64,000 bases of DNA, taken from NCBI GenBank assembly GCA_965115855.1, contig OZ220470.1, forward strand, positions 975,385 to 1,039,384, given 5' to 3'. Under the pieces are notes generated by a model that was not told the origin of the DNA, ran no database searches, and was given only the letters and a program-made list of their open reading frames with translations. A program made the translations under genes and the position numbers. The DNA is from Vicinamibacteria bacterium (lineage in GTDB: Bacteria; Acidobacteriota; Vicinamibacteria; Marinacidobacterales; Marinacidobacteraceae). Each line of letters starts with the position of its first letter. Position 1 is the stretch's first letter. Below are positions 47,174 through 57,589 of this stretch, one piece after another.

Positions 47174-49312
47174 ATGCGGGTCTCGCTCGCGTCGGGGTCG
47201 CTGGCGCTGGCCCTGTTCGCCGGGTGCGACGGTGACGGTCTCGACTATCCATATACGGACAAGGGGGATGTCATCGAGGAAATGCACGGAGTCGCCATCG
47301 AGGACCCGTACCGCTGGCTGGAAGACGACCACGATCCCGCAGTAGCGGACTGGGTGGACGCCCAGAACGAAGTCACCCGGGAATATCTGGACGCGCTTGC
47401 GGGGCGCGACGCGCTGCTCGCCCGGTTGACCGAACTCCATGACCACGCCCGGAAGGGCGCGCCCTTCCGGTGGGGCGGCCACTGGTTCCTTCGCGCCAAC
47501 GACGGCCTCCAGGACCAGGACGTGCTGTATCGGCTGACCGATCCGGACCAGCCGGAGGCCGAATGGCAGGTGCTGCTCGACCCGAACCGGCTCTCGGAGG
47601 ATGGCGCCGTCAGCCTCGAGACCACCGCCTTTGCCGAGGATGGATCGCTGCTCGCCTACGGGCTCGGGACCTCCGGCTCGGACTGGCGCGAATTCCATGT
47701 CATGGACGTCGGCACCGGCGAGACGTTCGACGACCACCTCCGCTGGATCAAGTTCTCCGATGCCGCATGGACCCGGGACAATGCCGGATTCCTGTACAGC
47801 CGGTATCCCGAACCGGACCCGGAAGCCGCCCAGGGAGGGGTGAACCGGAACCAGACGGTCTGGTACCACCGGATCGGCACCCCGCAGGACAGCGACCAGG
47901 TGGTGTACGCCCGCCCCGACCAGCCGGATTGGCTGACCGCGGCCCGGGTCTCCGATGACGGGCGATACGCCATCTTCGACATCCGCGAGGGAACCGACGA
48001 GCGGAGCCGCATCCATGTGATGGACCTCCGCGACCCGATGCATCCGGATTTCGGCGGCGAGGTGATCCGGATGCTTGACGACTTTGATGCCGCCTACGAC
48101 TTCCTCGGCAACGACGGTCCGATCTTCTACCTCCTGACCAACCGGGACGCCCCGCGCTACCGGGTGATCGCGGTGGACCTGCGTCAGCCCCAACCGGAGA
48201 ACTTCCGGGAGGTGATTCCCGAGGGCCGGGACCGGCTGCTGGGCGCCCGACTGCTCGGCAACCGTTTCGTGCTGTCCTACCTGACCGACGCGAGCACCTC
48301 GCTCCGGGTGCATGCCATGGACGGCGCCTTCGAACGGGACATCCCGCTGCCCGGACTCGGCTCGGTGGACCAGATCAGCGGCCGGCGGTCGGACCCGGTG
48401 ATGCACTTCGTCTTTTCCTCCTTCGTGTTCCCGCCGTCCGTCTTTCGCCACGACCTGGAGTCCGGCGAGACGGCGCTGACCTGGGAGCCGGACATCCCCT
48501 TCGACCGGGAGCAATTCGAGACGGTCCAGATCTTCTACGCCTCCGCCGACGGGACCGGGGTGCCGATGTTCCTGACCCACCGGAAGGACATGTCGAGGGA
48601 TGGCGACAACCCCGTCCTGCTCCATGGGTACGGCGGGTTCAACATCAGCCTCACCCCCGGGTTCAACCCGTCAAACCTGGTGTTCCTGGAGCACGGCGGG
48701 GTATACGCCCAGGCCAACCTGCGGGGCGGAGGCGAATACGGCGAGGAGTGGCACGAAGGCGGCCGGCTCGGGAACAAGCAGAACGTCTTCGACGACTTCA
48801 TCGCCGCCGCCGAGTTCCTTATCCACGACTCGGTAACCCAGCCCTCCCGTCTCGCCATCGTCGGCGGCTCGAACGGGGGCCTGCTGGTGGGGGCCGTGCT
48901 GAACCAGCGCCCCGAGCTCTTCGGGACGGCGCTGCCGGCGGTCGGAGTCATGGACATGCTCCGCTTTCACAAGTTCACCATCGGCCGGGCGTGGATCCCG
49001 GATTACGGCGACCCCGACGATCCGGAGATGTTCCCGGTACTGCGGGCGTACTCGCCGTACCACAATATCGCTCCGTCCGAGACGTTCCCGCCCACTCTCG
49101 TGACCACCGCCGACCATGACGACCGGGTGGCTCCCGGGCACTCGTTCAAGTACGCGGCCCGGCTCCAGGAAGTGCACGGCGGCGGGAGGGCGCCGATGCT
49201 GATCCGGATCCAGAAAGGCGCCGGACACGGTGCCGGGATGCCGGTCTCGATGCGGCTGGAATTGGACGCCGACCGGCTCGCGTTCCTGTTCCACCACCTC
49301 CGGATGGAGTGA
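47174..49312 (+). CDS. Prolyl oligopeptidase (S9A).
   Basis: Lipoprotein-type signal (LALALFAGCDG). N-terminal beta-propeller, then catalytic domain with GGSNGGLLVGA (GxSxGG) and a C-terminal His region. Confidence 0.9.
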   Translation: MRVSLASGSLALALFAGCDGDGLDYPYTDKGDVIEEMHGVAIEDPYRWLEDDHDPAVADWVDAQNEVTREYLDALAGRDALLARLTELHDHARKGAPFRWGGHWFLRANDGLQDQDVLYRLTDPDQPEAEWQVLLDPNRLSEDGAVSLETTAFAEDGSLLAYGLGTSGSDWREFHVMDVGTGETFDDHLRWIKFSDAAWTRDNAGFLYSRYPEPDPEAAQGGVNRNQTVWYHRIGTPQDSDQVVYARPDQPDWLTAARVSDDGRYAIFDIREGTDERSRIHVMDLRDPMHPDFGGEVIRMLDDFDAAYDFLGNDGPIFYLLTNRDAPRYRVIAVDLRQPQPENFREVIPEGRDRLLGARLLGNRFVLSYLTDASTSLRVHAMDGAFERDIPLPGLGSVDQISGRRSDPVMHFVFSSFVFPPSVFRHDLESGETALTWEPDIPFDREQFETVQIFYASADGTGVPMFLTHRKDMSRDGDNPVLLHGYGGFNISLTPGFNPSNLVFLEHGGVYAQANLRGGGEYGEEWHEGGRLGNKQNVFDDFIAAAEFLIHDSVTQPSRLAIVGGSNGGLLVGAVLNQRPELFGTALPAVGVMDMLRFHKFTIGRAWIPDYGDPDDPEMFPVLRAYSPYHNIAPSETFPPTLVTTADHDDRVAPGHSFKYAARLQEVHGGGRAPMLIRIQKGAGHGAGMPVSMRLELDADRLAFLFHHLRME

Positions 49313-49496
49313 GGGGCCCCGCGCCGGGAGACCGACCGCCCCAACACCCCGGCACCCGGGGGGATTCCGGCGTCCTCCGGTCGCCGAAGCCGGAAAACCC
49401 GGCTGGCACGGCGTCTTTTTCGACTCAAACATCAATATCTATGTTGACTCGACTCATATAAAGTTAGAAGAGTCGCGCCATATCGTGTTTTTCGGC

Positions 49497-49525
49497 TTGA
49501 CACGGGCAGACAGACGCCTTAATGT
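49497..49525 (+). promoter_or_regulatory. Candidate sigma70-type promoter of groES-groEL: TTGACA, a 17-nt spacer, then TAATGT. It sits in a locally AT-rich region. An inverted repeat CGACTC-N14-GAGTCG at about 49448-49476 may be an operator.
   Basis: Seen directly in the sequence. The 5'UTR would be about 138 nt long. Confidence 0.4.
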
Positions 49526-49669
49526 TCCGGCGTCCGGGGCCCGGGCTTCACCCTCAAGGGTTGAAACGGGCACGCGGCCCTCTCCATCGGAGAGGCCGTT
49601 CCGGACGGTTCGGTTTGACCCCATGTGCGCCGGTGGCGCGCATTTCGAGAAAGAGGAGATCCTTTCCCG

Positions 49670-49957
49670 ATGAAAATCACACCCCTGCGGGACAACGTCG
49701 TGCTCCGCCGCCTCGAGGCGGAAGAGGAGCGCGTCGGTTCGATCATCATCCCCGACTCCGCCAAGGAGAAGCCGATGACCGCCGAGGTCATCGCCGTTGG
49801 CAACGGCAAGGTCCTGAAGGACGGAAGCCGTCAGCCGGTGGAGGTGGAGGCCGGCCAGCGCGTGCTGGTTGGCAAGTACTCCGGCTCCGAGGTCAAGCTC
49901 GAGGGTGACGACTTCCTCATCGTCCGCGAGGACGAGATCCTGGGCATCATCGCGTAG
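49670..49957 (+). CDS. groES: Co-chaperonin GroES.
   Basis: MKITPLRDNVVLRR..GSIIIPDSAKEKP..GKYSG is the canonical Cpn10. Confidence 0.95.
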   Translation: MKITPLRDNVVLRRLEAEEERVGSIIIPDSAKEKPMTAEVIAVGNGKVLKDGSRQPVEVEAGQRVLVGKYSGSEVKLEGDDFLIVREDEILGIIA

Positions 49958-51643
<1,686 letters not shown>

Positions 51644-51663
51644 GTCCGACCGTCACCTCCACG

Positions 51664-51698
51664 GCCCCCCGGGCGGCGACGTCCGGGGGGCTTTTTGC
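51664..51698 (+). terminator. Rho-independent terminator after groEL: a GC-rich hairpin (CCCCCGGG..CCCGGGGGG) followed by a T run.
   Basis: Seen directly in the sequence. Confidence 0.5.
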
Positions 51699-51764
51699 GA
51701 ACGCGCCGCCTACAATTACCGGGGGAGGCGCCCTCCCCGGCTCGACTGCCCAATCGGCGATCCG

Positions 51765-52991
51765 ATGAACAAGCACGCCGTGCTCCGCCATCTCCGGCTC
51801 GGCGAGGATGGACGCGTGGAGTTCAAGGAAGCAAGGGTAAGCGGAACCAGGGTCAAGGCGCCGAAACGCGATGATCTCGCCGACGAACTCGCCGCGTTCG
51901 CCAACGCCGACGGCGGCTTCGTCCTGCTGGGTGTCGAGGACCGGCCGATCAAGGTGGTCGGCGTGCCCCGGCCCGGCCTCGACGCCCTCGAGGAGCTGGT
52001 TCGCGGAATTTGCAACGACGCCATCCAGCCGCCTCTCCCGGCCGACATCCGGCGCATGGAACTCCCTGATGCGGCAGGCGTGGCCCAACCGGTGCTGCTG
52101 GTCGGCGTGCCGCGGAGCCTGTTCGTCCATGCGAGCCGGGGACGCTATCTTCGACGCATCGGAAGCTCGAAGCGGAGGCTCGATCCGATGGCGCTCCAGC
52201 GCCTGATGATGCTTCGCACGCAGTCCGGCGTGATTTCCTTCGATGAATCGCCGGTTCCCAGGACGACTCCGGATGACCTCGACCGGTCCGCCGCCGAGCG
52301 ATGCGTCAGCGGGGAAGCCGACTTCGACCTGGCGGTGCGCAAGCTGGCCCTGATCGTCAAGGACCCTGACGGGGCCGACCGGCTCTCGGTCGCGGGCGCT
52401 CTGATGTGCACGCCGGAACCGCAGCAATGGCTGCCGGCTGCCTATATCCAGGCCGTCTTCTATGTGGGCAACCGCATCGACCGCGACTATCAGACCGATG
52501 CCGCCGACCTCGGCGGACCGCTGGACGTGCAGATCCGGGAGGCGTGCCACTTCGTCCGCCGCAACATGCGAACCGCCGCGGTCAAGGACCTCGGACGCAT
52601 CGACGTGCCGCAATACAGCGAGCGGGCGGTTTTCGAGGCGGTGGTGAACGCGGTGGCGCACCGCGACTACTCGATGGGCAGCAGCCGCATCCGCCTGCAC
52701 CTGTTCGCGGACCGGCTGGAACTGATGGTTCCCGGAGAACTCGCCAACTCGTTGACCCCGGACGCCCTCCATCTGCGCCAGGCATCCCGGAACCAATTGA
52801 TCGCGTCGCTTCTCGCCCGGTTCCCTGGTCCGGGCGCGGTCGGCAGACAGAAGCTCATGGATCAGCGTGGCGACGGCGTTCCCCGCATTCGGGAGGAAAC
52901 CCGGACCCTCAGCGGTCGCCTCCCGGAGTACGCGATCGTGGCGCCCGGCGAGCTGCGCCTCGTGATTCCCGCCGCTAACCCGTTCGGGTAA
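51765..52991 (+). CDS. AlbA_2 (divergent AAA / Schlafen-like) domain fused to a HATPase_c_4 domain. It is a putative ATP-dependent DNA-binding regulator of the class often mis-annotated as RecG-like.
   Basis: N-terminal EFKEA...ELAAFANADGGFVLLGVED pattern, typical of AlbA_2/Schlafen core. C-terminal NAVAHRDY, a HATPase_c_4 hallmark. About 408 aa. Confidence 0.65.
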   Translation: MNKHAVLRHLRLGEDGRVEFKEARVSGTRVKAPKRDDLADELAAFANADGGFVLLGVEDRPIKVVGVPRPGLDALEELVRGICNDAIQPPLPADIRRMELPDAAGVAQPVLLVGVPRSLFVHASRGRYLRRIGSSKRRLDPMALQRLMMLRTQSGVISFDESPVPRTTPDDLDRSAAERCVSGEADFDLAVRKLALIVKDPDGADRLSVAGALMCTPEPQQWLPAAYIQAVFYVGNRIDRDYQTDAADLGGPLDVQIREACHFVRRNMRTAAVKDLGRIDVPQYSERAVFEAVVNAVAHRDYSMGSSRIRLHLFADRLELMVPGELANSLTPDALHLRQASRNQLIASLLARFPGPGAVGRQKLMDQRGDGVPRIREETRTLSGRLPEYAIVAPGELRLVIPAANPFG

Positions 52992-53289
52992 CGATCCAGG
53001 CCCCGAGGCCCGGTCCACCGGACGGGCGCGCTCCGGACGGATGGCGTGTTTGCTTCGGTCGTCCTGTGATCCGAATCCACGCGCTGGGCGCAACGGTCGG
53101 GTCGGAGCATCTCCCGACGGTCATCCACCGGGCCCGCTCGCGCGCGTCGAGGGCGCTAGTTGCCGGACGACGCCGAAACCAATTTCCAAGTCCTCTCGCT
53201 GGCCGGCGAAGCGCCGTCCGCCGGGATCCGTGGTCGGCGCTCCGTTCGGAATAGGCCGCGTTCGGCGCCCCGTGGGGCAGAATGCGCCG

Positions 53290-54630
53290 ATGCGCTTCGA
53301 CGGCGTCGGGAAGACCTTGGACCGACTTCTCGCCTGGGCGGACGAAAACGGGTGGTCCACCCGGCACGCGGAGCTCGCGGAAGCGCACCTGGCGGGATCG
53401 ACCAGGGCGCTCGGACTGTCCCCGGAGGAGATCATGCGCCGCCTCGGCCCGGCCGCGAGGCCGGTTGAACTCTTCGTACTGGATGCGTATCTCGCGGCTC
53501 GGTTCGGCAAGGTCGGAGACAAGAACGTGGTGGATGCCTATCTCGAAAAACGGGCGTGGAGGGAGAAACCGGGGGCCGTGGCGTTCCTCCGCGAGGTCCG
53601 CGACTCCGACCCTGCGCTCTACCAGGTGGAGCGGCGCGCTCCGGGGCGCCTGACCGTGACCGACCTCCTTCACGATCGGGATTCGATCCACGTGCGGGAC
53701 TGGAACGCTTCCGAAGTGTTGCGACCGGGACATTGCTTCGCCGGTCGGATCATCCACATCGGCAAGACGCTCGGCTTCTCGCTCGGCCTGCTGGCGCTTT
53801 CTCCCCGGGCGGTCGGACAATGCGTCGAGCGGATGAAGGGGGCGATCCGGGATGTCCACCGCCATTCCCCTGAATCCGTCCGGTCTCCTGGCGACGCGAT
53901 CGACGATTCGACGTTCATGCAGCTGGTGCTCAGAAGCGGCCTCGGCAGCGTCGCCTTCGTCGATGCGTTCATCCAGCATGCCTTGACCCCGCCGAAGCCC
54001 CCCGAGCTGGTCAACCACGACGGGGAAACCCTCGCTCCGACCACGATCCGTTTTCCCGTCCGGGGAAGCGAGGACGATGTGATCGAAGTGCTCGACGATA
54101 TGAGCGAACTCGAGCGCCACGAGGGACCGCACTGGGTTTGGCCCGGTACCAGCTCCGAGACCGACTACGAAGGGAAGACAGTCGAAACCAGAGTCGTGCT
54201 GGGGCGCGCGGAAATCGTGGACGGGGCGCTGACCCTCCAAGCGAACTCCGCTGAACGCGGCGAGCGCGGGCGGGAGCTGCTGGCCGGACGGCTGGGCAAG
54301 CTGGTGGGCACTCCCCTCACCTCCCACCAGACCCTCGAGGAGACGCGGAAGCAAGTCAAGCAGAAACCTCCTCCGGAGACCTCACCGGAGACCGACGCGC
54401 TCATCCTCGACCAGATCAGGGAGCACTACCGGCGCACGCTCGACGAGTCCGTTCCCGCGCTCGGAAACCGCACTCCCCGGAAGGCGGCGCGGACCCGGCA
54501 GGGGCGCGCCCGGGTAGAGGAGTGGATCCGGGGGATCGAAATCGCGGAAGCGCGGCGCGCCCACGCCGGCGGTCCGCCGGCGATGGACGCCGGCTGGATC
54601 CGCGAGGAGCTGAAGCTCCCGAAGCCGTAG
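53290..54630 (+). CDS. Hypothetical 446-aa protein with no recognisable family. It is the middle gene of the putative defence island.
   Basis: Coding-like GC3 bias and a defined start (MRFDGVGKTL). The upstream part of the tracked ORF is junk. Confidence 0.5.
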   Translation: MRFDGVGKTLDRLLAWADENGWSTRHAELAEAHLAGSTRALGLSPEEIMRRLGPAARPVELFVLDAYLAARFGKVGDKNVVDAYLEKRAWREKPGAVAFLREVRDSDPALYQVERRAPGRLTVTDLLHDRDSIHVRDWNASEVLRPGHCFAGRIIHIGKTLGFSLGLLALSPRAVGQCVERMKGAIRDVHRHSPESVRSPGDAIDDSTFMQLVLRSGLGSVAFVDAFIQHALTPPKPPELVNHDGETLAPTTIRFPVRGSEDDVIEVLDDMSELERHEGPHWVWPGTSSETDYEGKTVETRVVLGRAEIVDGALTLQANSAERGERGRELLAGRLGKLVGTPLTSHQTLEETRKQVKQKPPPETSPETDALILDQIREHYRRTLDESVPALGNRTPRKAARTRQGRARVEEWIRGIEIAEARRAHAGGPPAMDAGWIREELKLPKP

Positions 54631-55586
54631 CTTCCCGAAACCGGGGAGGGAATCAGGCGCGTACTGGTGGACGGCGTCGACAAGGCGACGGCAGATATTT
54701 TCCGGGTGAACCGCCGAACCATCGGGGGAAAATGCCACTTGGAGGCGCCGGCGCGGGCCCTCCGGCGGACGCCCGGAGGAGTCCTCAATCGCCTCGGACC
54801 GGAAGAGGGCCGGACACTCCCACTCATTTCATCCGGAAGACGTTCCTCGCAACCCGTTTCGGCGCGGACAAGCACGACACCGTGGTGAACGCATGCAACC
54901 CGTTCTTGCTGCTTGCCTGCGGTTACGGCGTCCGGGGGGACCTCAAGAAAATCCGCGGCGCAACGCTTTCGCCCTGCCAGGCAAGGGTAACCGACCACGA
55001 AAAACACCTGACGGTGATCGATCTCCTTCGGGGGGACGATCCGATTCGGGCGGAGGACCGCCAACTCGCCAGTTCCGTCCTCGTGGGGGGATTATTTGGC
55101 CGGCCGGCTCTTCCCTTGCGGCGGCTGGCCCGGTTTCGCTTCCACCGTGCTGCCTTTTCCCGGGAACCGGAAGGTGGAGTGCATGGAGCTTGTCTCCGTC
55201 ACCATCGTGCATCGCCGCGACGTCGCGCACCGAACCACCGGAAAGTGGCTCCGCTTGCCGTTTCTGATGAGGCTGCTTCTTTCGAGTGGAATCGGAAGCG
55301 GCATGTTCGCCTGGAAGTCCACCCGGCAGGTTCTGGAGCCGCGGGGAAGGACGGCGTATCGTGGCCCGAGCGGGAGGAGTTCCTGCTCGAGCAGAACGTG
55401 GCGCGCCTCTGCCGCGCTGGGACCGAGTCGCCGCTGGCGCCGGAAGACCGCGCGCGAAGGAAGGAATCGCGGCGGAGACCGTCGCTCCGGGATTCACTGA
55501 AGCCCCGGGGAGACTGATCCGGAGCAGGGAAGCGCGCGGCGCGTCAAGGCGCTGACGCAAGGTATCCTCGACTTGCTGCGCCGCCC

Positions 55587-57311
55587 ATGCTGACCCGCCT
55601 GACCATCCGCAACTTCAAGCGATTCAAGGAAGCCGTCATCGACCTCGACGACCCGGTTCTCCTCATCGGCCCCAACAACTCGGGGAAGACAACGCTTCTC
55701 CAGGCGCTGGCGCTCTGGGACCTCGGCATGCGGCGGTGGCGCGAGAAACGGGAGATCGGCGAAGCTTCGGCCCGGCGCCCCGGCGTGGCGATCGGCCGGG
55801 GCGACCTGATTACGGTCCCCCTCCGGGACGCGAAGCACCTCTGGCGGAATCGGCGCGTTCGGCAAGGCATCCCGGTCGAAGGCCGGATGCGAACCGACAA
55901 CATTCACATCGAGATCGTGGTCGAGGGCCTGTCGCGGGGACAGGACTGGAAGGCCGGGCTGGAGTTCGACTACGCCAACGAGGAATCGTTCCATTGCCGA
56001 CCGCTCCGCACCCGGCCGGACGGAAGCGAACGGATGCCGATCCCCGGGGAAGCGGCCTCGGTGCGGGTGGCGTATCTGCCCCCGATGTCGGGACTCGCGG
56101 CCCACGAGACCCGCCTCGAGCCGGGCGCGATTGCCGTCCGCATGGGAGAGGGACGAACCGCCGAGGTGTTGCGAAACCTGTGCCTTCGGATCAACACCGA
56201 GTTGCCGGAGGAGTGGGAGCGCCTCGAACGCCGGATCAGGGACCGGTTCGGCGTCCGCCTCGATCCTCCGAAGCATGTTGCCGAGCGCGGCGAGATCACC
56301 ATGTCCTACCGGGAGCACAAGGAGCGGCTGGACCTCACTGCCGCCGGCCGGGGCCTCCAGCAGACCATGCTGCTGCTGGCGCACCTCGTTCTGAACCCGC
56401 GGTCGGTCCTGATCCTCGATGAACCGGACGCCCACCTGGAAGTGATCCGCCAGCGGGAGACGTGCCAGCTTCTGCGAGAGACGGCGTCGGAGACCGGCGC
56501 CCAGATCATCGCCGCGAGCCACTCGGAAGTGCTGCTGCATGAGTTCGCAGCCAAGCGGGACGCCATCGTCGCGCTTCTCGGCGATCCCCACCGGGTCGAC
56601 AGCAAGAGCCAGGTCCTCAAGGCCCTCCGGGACATCGGATACGCCGACTACGAGCAAGCCCGCGGCGCGGGCTTCGTTCTCTATCTCGAGGGAACCACCG
56701 ACCTCGACATCCTGAGGGCCTTCGCTCGGCGCCTCGGACACGATGCGGCATCAACGGCGCTTGACGGCGCCTTCTTCAAACCCGTCGGCAACCAGCCCCA
56801 GGAGGCGATCCGGCACTTCCACGGACTGCGCGAAGCCGTCCCGGCGCTGCGGGGATGCGCGCTCTTCGACAAACTCGAAAAGGCACTGCCAGACATGCAC
56901 GGGATTCCGGGAGTGATGTGGAAACGCCGCGAGATCGAGAACTATCTGTGCTCCGACGCCACGCTGCTGGCCTGGGCCGAAGCGCCACGCACGCCCGGAG
57001 AGAAGCGCGACCTCTTCTCGCCGCGTCCGTTCTCTCCGACCGAGCGCCGGGACGCGATGGAAGAGGCGATCCGTAAGGTCCGGGAAGCGGTGAGTTTGCT
57101 CCGGCCCGGTACCGACCCGGCGTTGTCCAGGGTCAAGGCGGGCAACGAATACCTGGAGCCGGTATTCCGCGCTTACTTCGACCGGTTGGGCGAGAAGAAC
57201 CGGATGGGGAAGAACCGCTTTCACGAGCTGGTTCCCCACATCCCGGATGGGGATATGGACCCGGAAGTCGGAGACAAGCTGGACTTCATCACCGCCGCGG
57301 CAAACGACTGA
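55587..57311 (+). CDS. OLD-family ABC-type ATPase fused to a C-terminal TOPRIM/DUF4435-like domain. It resembles class 1 OLD nucleases and fused PARIS AriA-AriB proteins.
   Basis: Walker A LLIGPNNSGKTTLLQAL. A long insertion follows. Walker B is VLILDEPDAHLE and the H-loop is IAASHSEV. C-terminal motif FVLYLEGTTDLDILRAF, which is a TOPRIM-type conserved Glu. Confidence 0.7.
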   Translation: MLTRLTIRNFKRFKEAVIDLDDPVLLIGPNNSGKTTLLQALALWDLGMRRWREKREIGEASARRPGVAIGRGDLITVPLRDAKHLWRNRRVRQGIPVEGRMRTDNIHIEIVVEGLSRGQDWKAGLEFDYANEESFHCRPLRTRPDGSERMPIPGEAASVRVAYLPPMSGLAAHETRLEPGAIAVRMGEGRTAEVLRNLCLRINTELPEEWERLERRIRDRFGVRLDPPKHVAERGEITMSYREHKERLDLTAAGRGLQQTMLLLAHLVLNPRSVLILDEPDAHLEVIRQRETCQLLRETASETGAQIIAASHSEVLLHEFAAKRDAIVALLGDPHRVDSKSQVLKALRDIGYADYEQARGAGFVLYLEGTTDLDILRAFARRLGHDAASTALDGAFFKPVGNQPQEAIRHFHGLREAVPALRGCALFDKLEKALPDMHGIPGVMWKRREIENYLCSDATLLAWAEAPRTPGEKRDLFSPRPFSPTERRDAMEEAIRKVREAVSLLRPGTDPALSRVKAGNEYLEPVFRAYFDRLGEKNRMGKNRFHELVPHIPDGDMDPEVGDKLDFITAAAND

Positions 57312-57560
57312 CACGAGCTCCCGGTCCAATGACATGAGTTCAGCCGGCAATGACATGAGCTCCCGGCCGTTGGGCGTACGAAGCGCGGCATCCCCGGTCA
57401 GAACGGGGAATCCGCCTCGGAATTCCACCAGAAAGACACTGATATTGACCGCTTGGCGCCGGTTCCGGACTGCGCCAATGACACGAGCTCCGGCTCAAGG
57501 AACACGAGCTCGGCCCGGAATTGACACCAGATCGACCGGGCCCCGGGTGGGCTCCTGTCA
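57300..57560. repeat. Five or six direct copies of an about 21-bp motif CAATGACAYGAGCTCCSGGYC. The first copy overlaps the stop of the OLD-family gene.
   Basis: Direct reading of the sequence. It lies in the convergent intergenic region between the OLD-family gene and the PadR-associated membrane protein gene. Confidence 0.5.
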
Positions 57561-57589
57561 TGGCGCCAGCGGGTCGCGGCCGACCCTGA

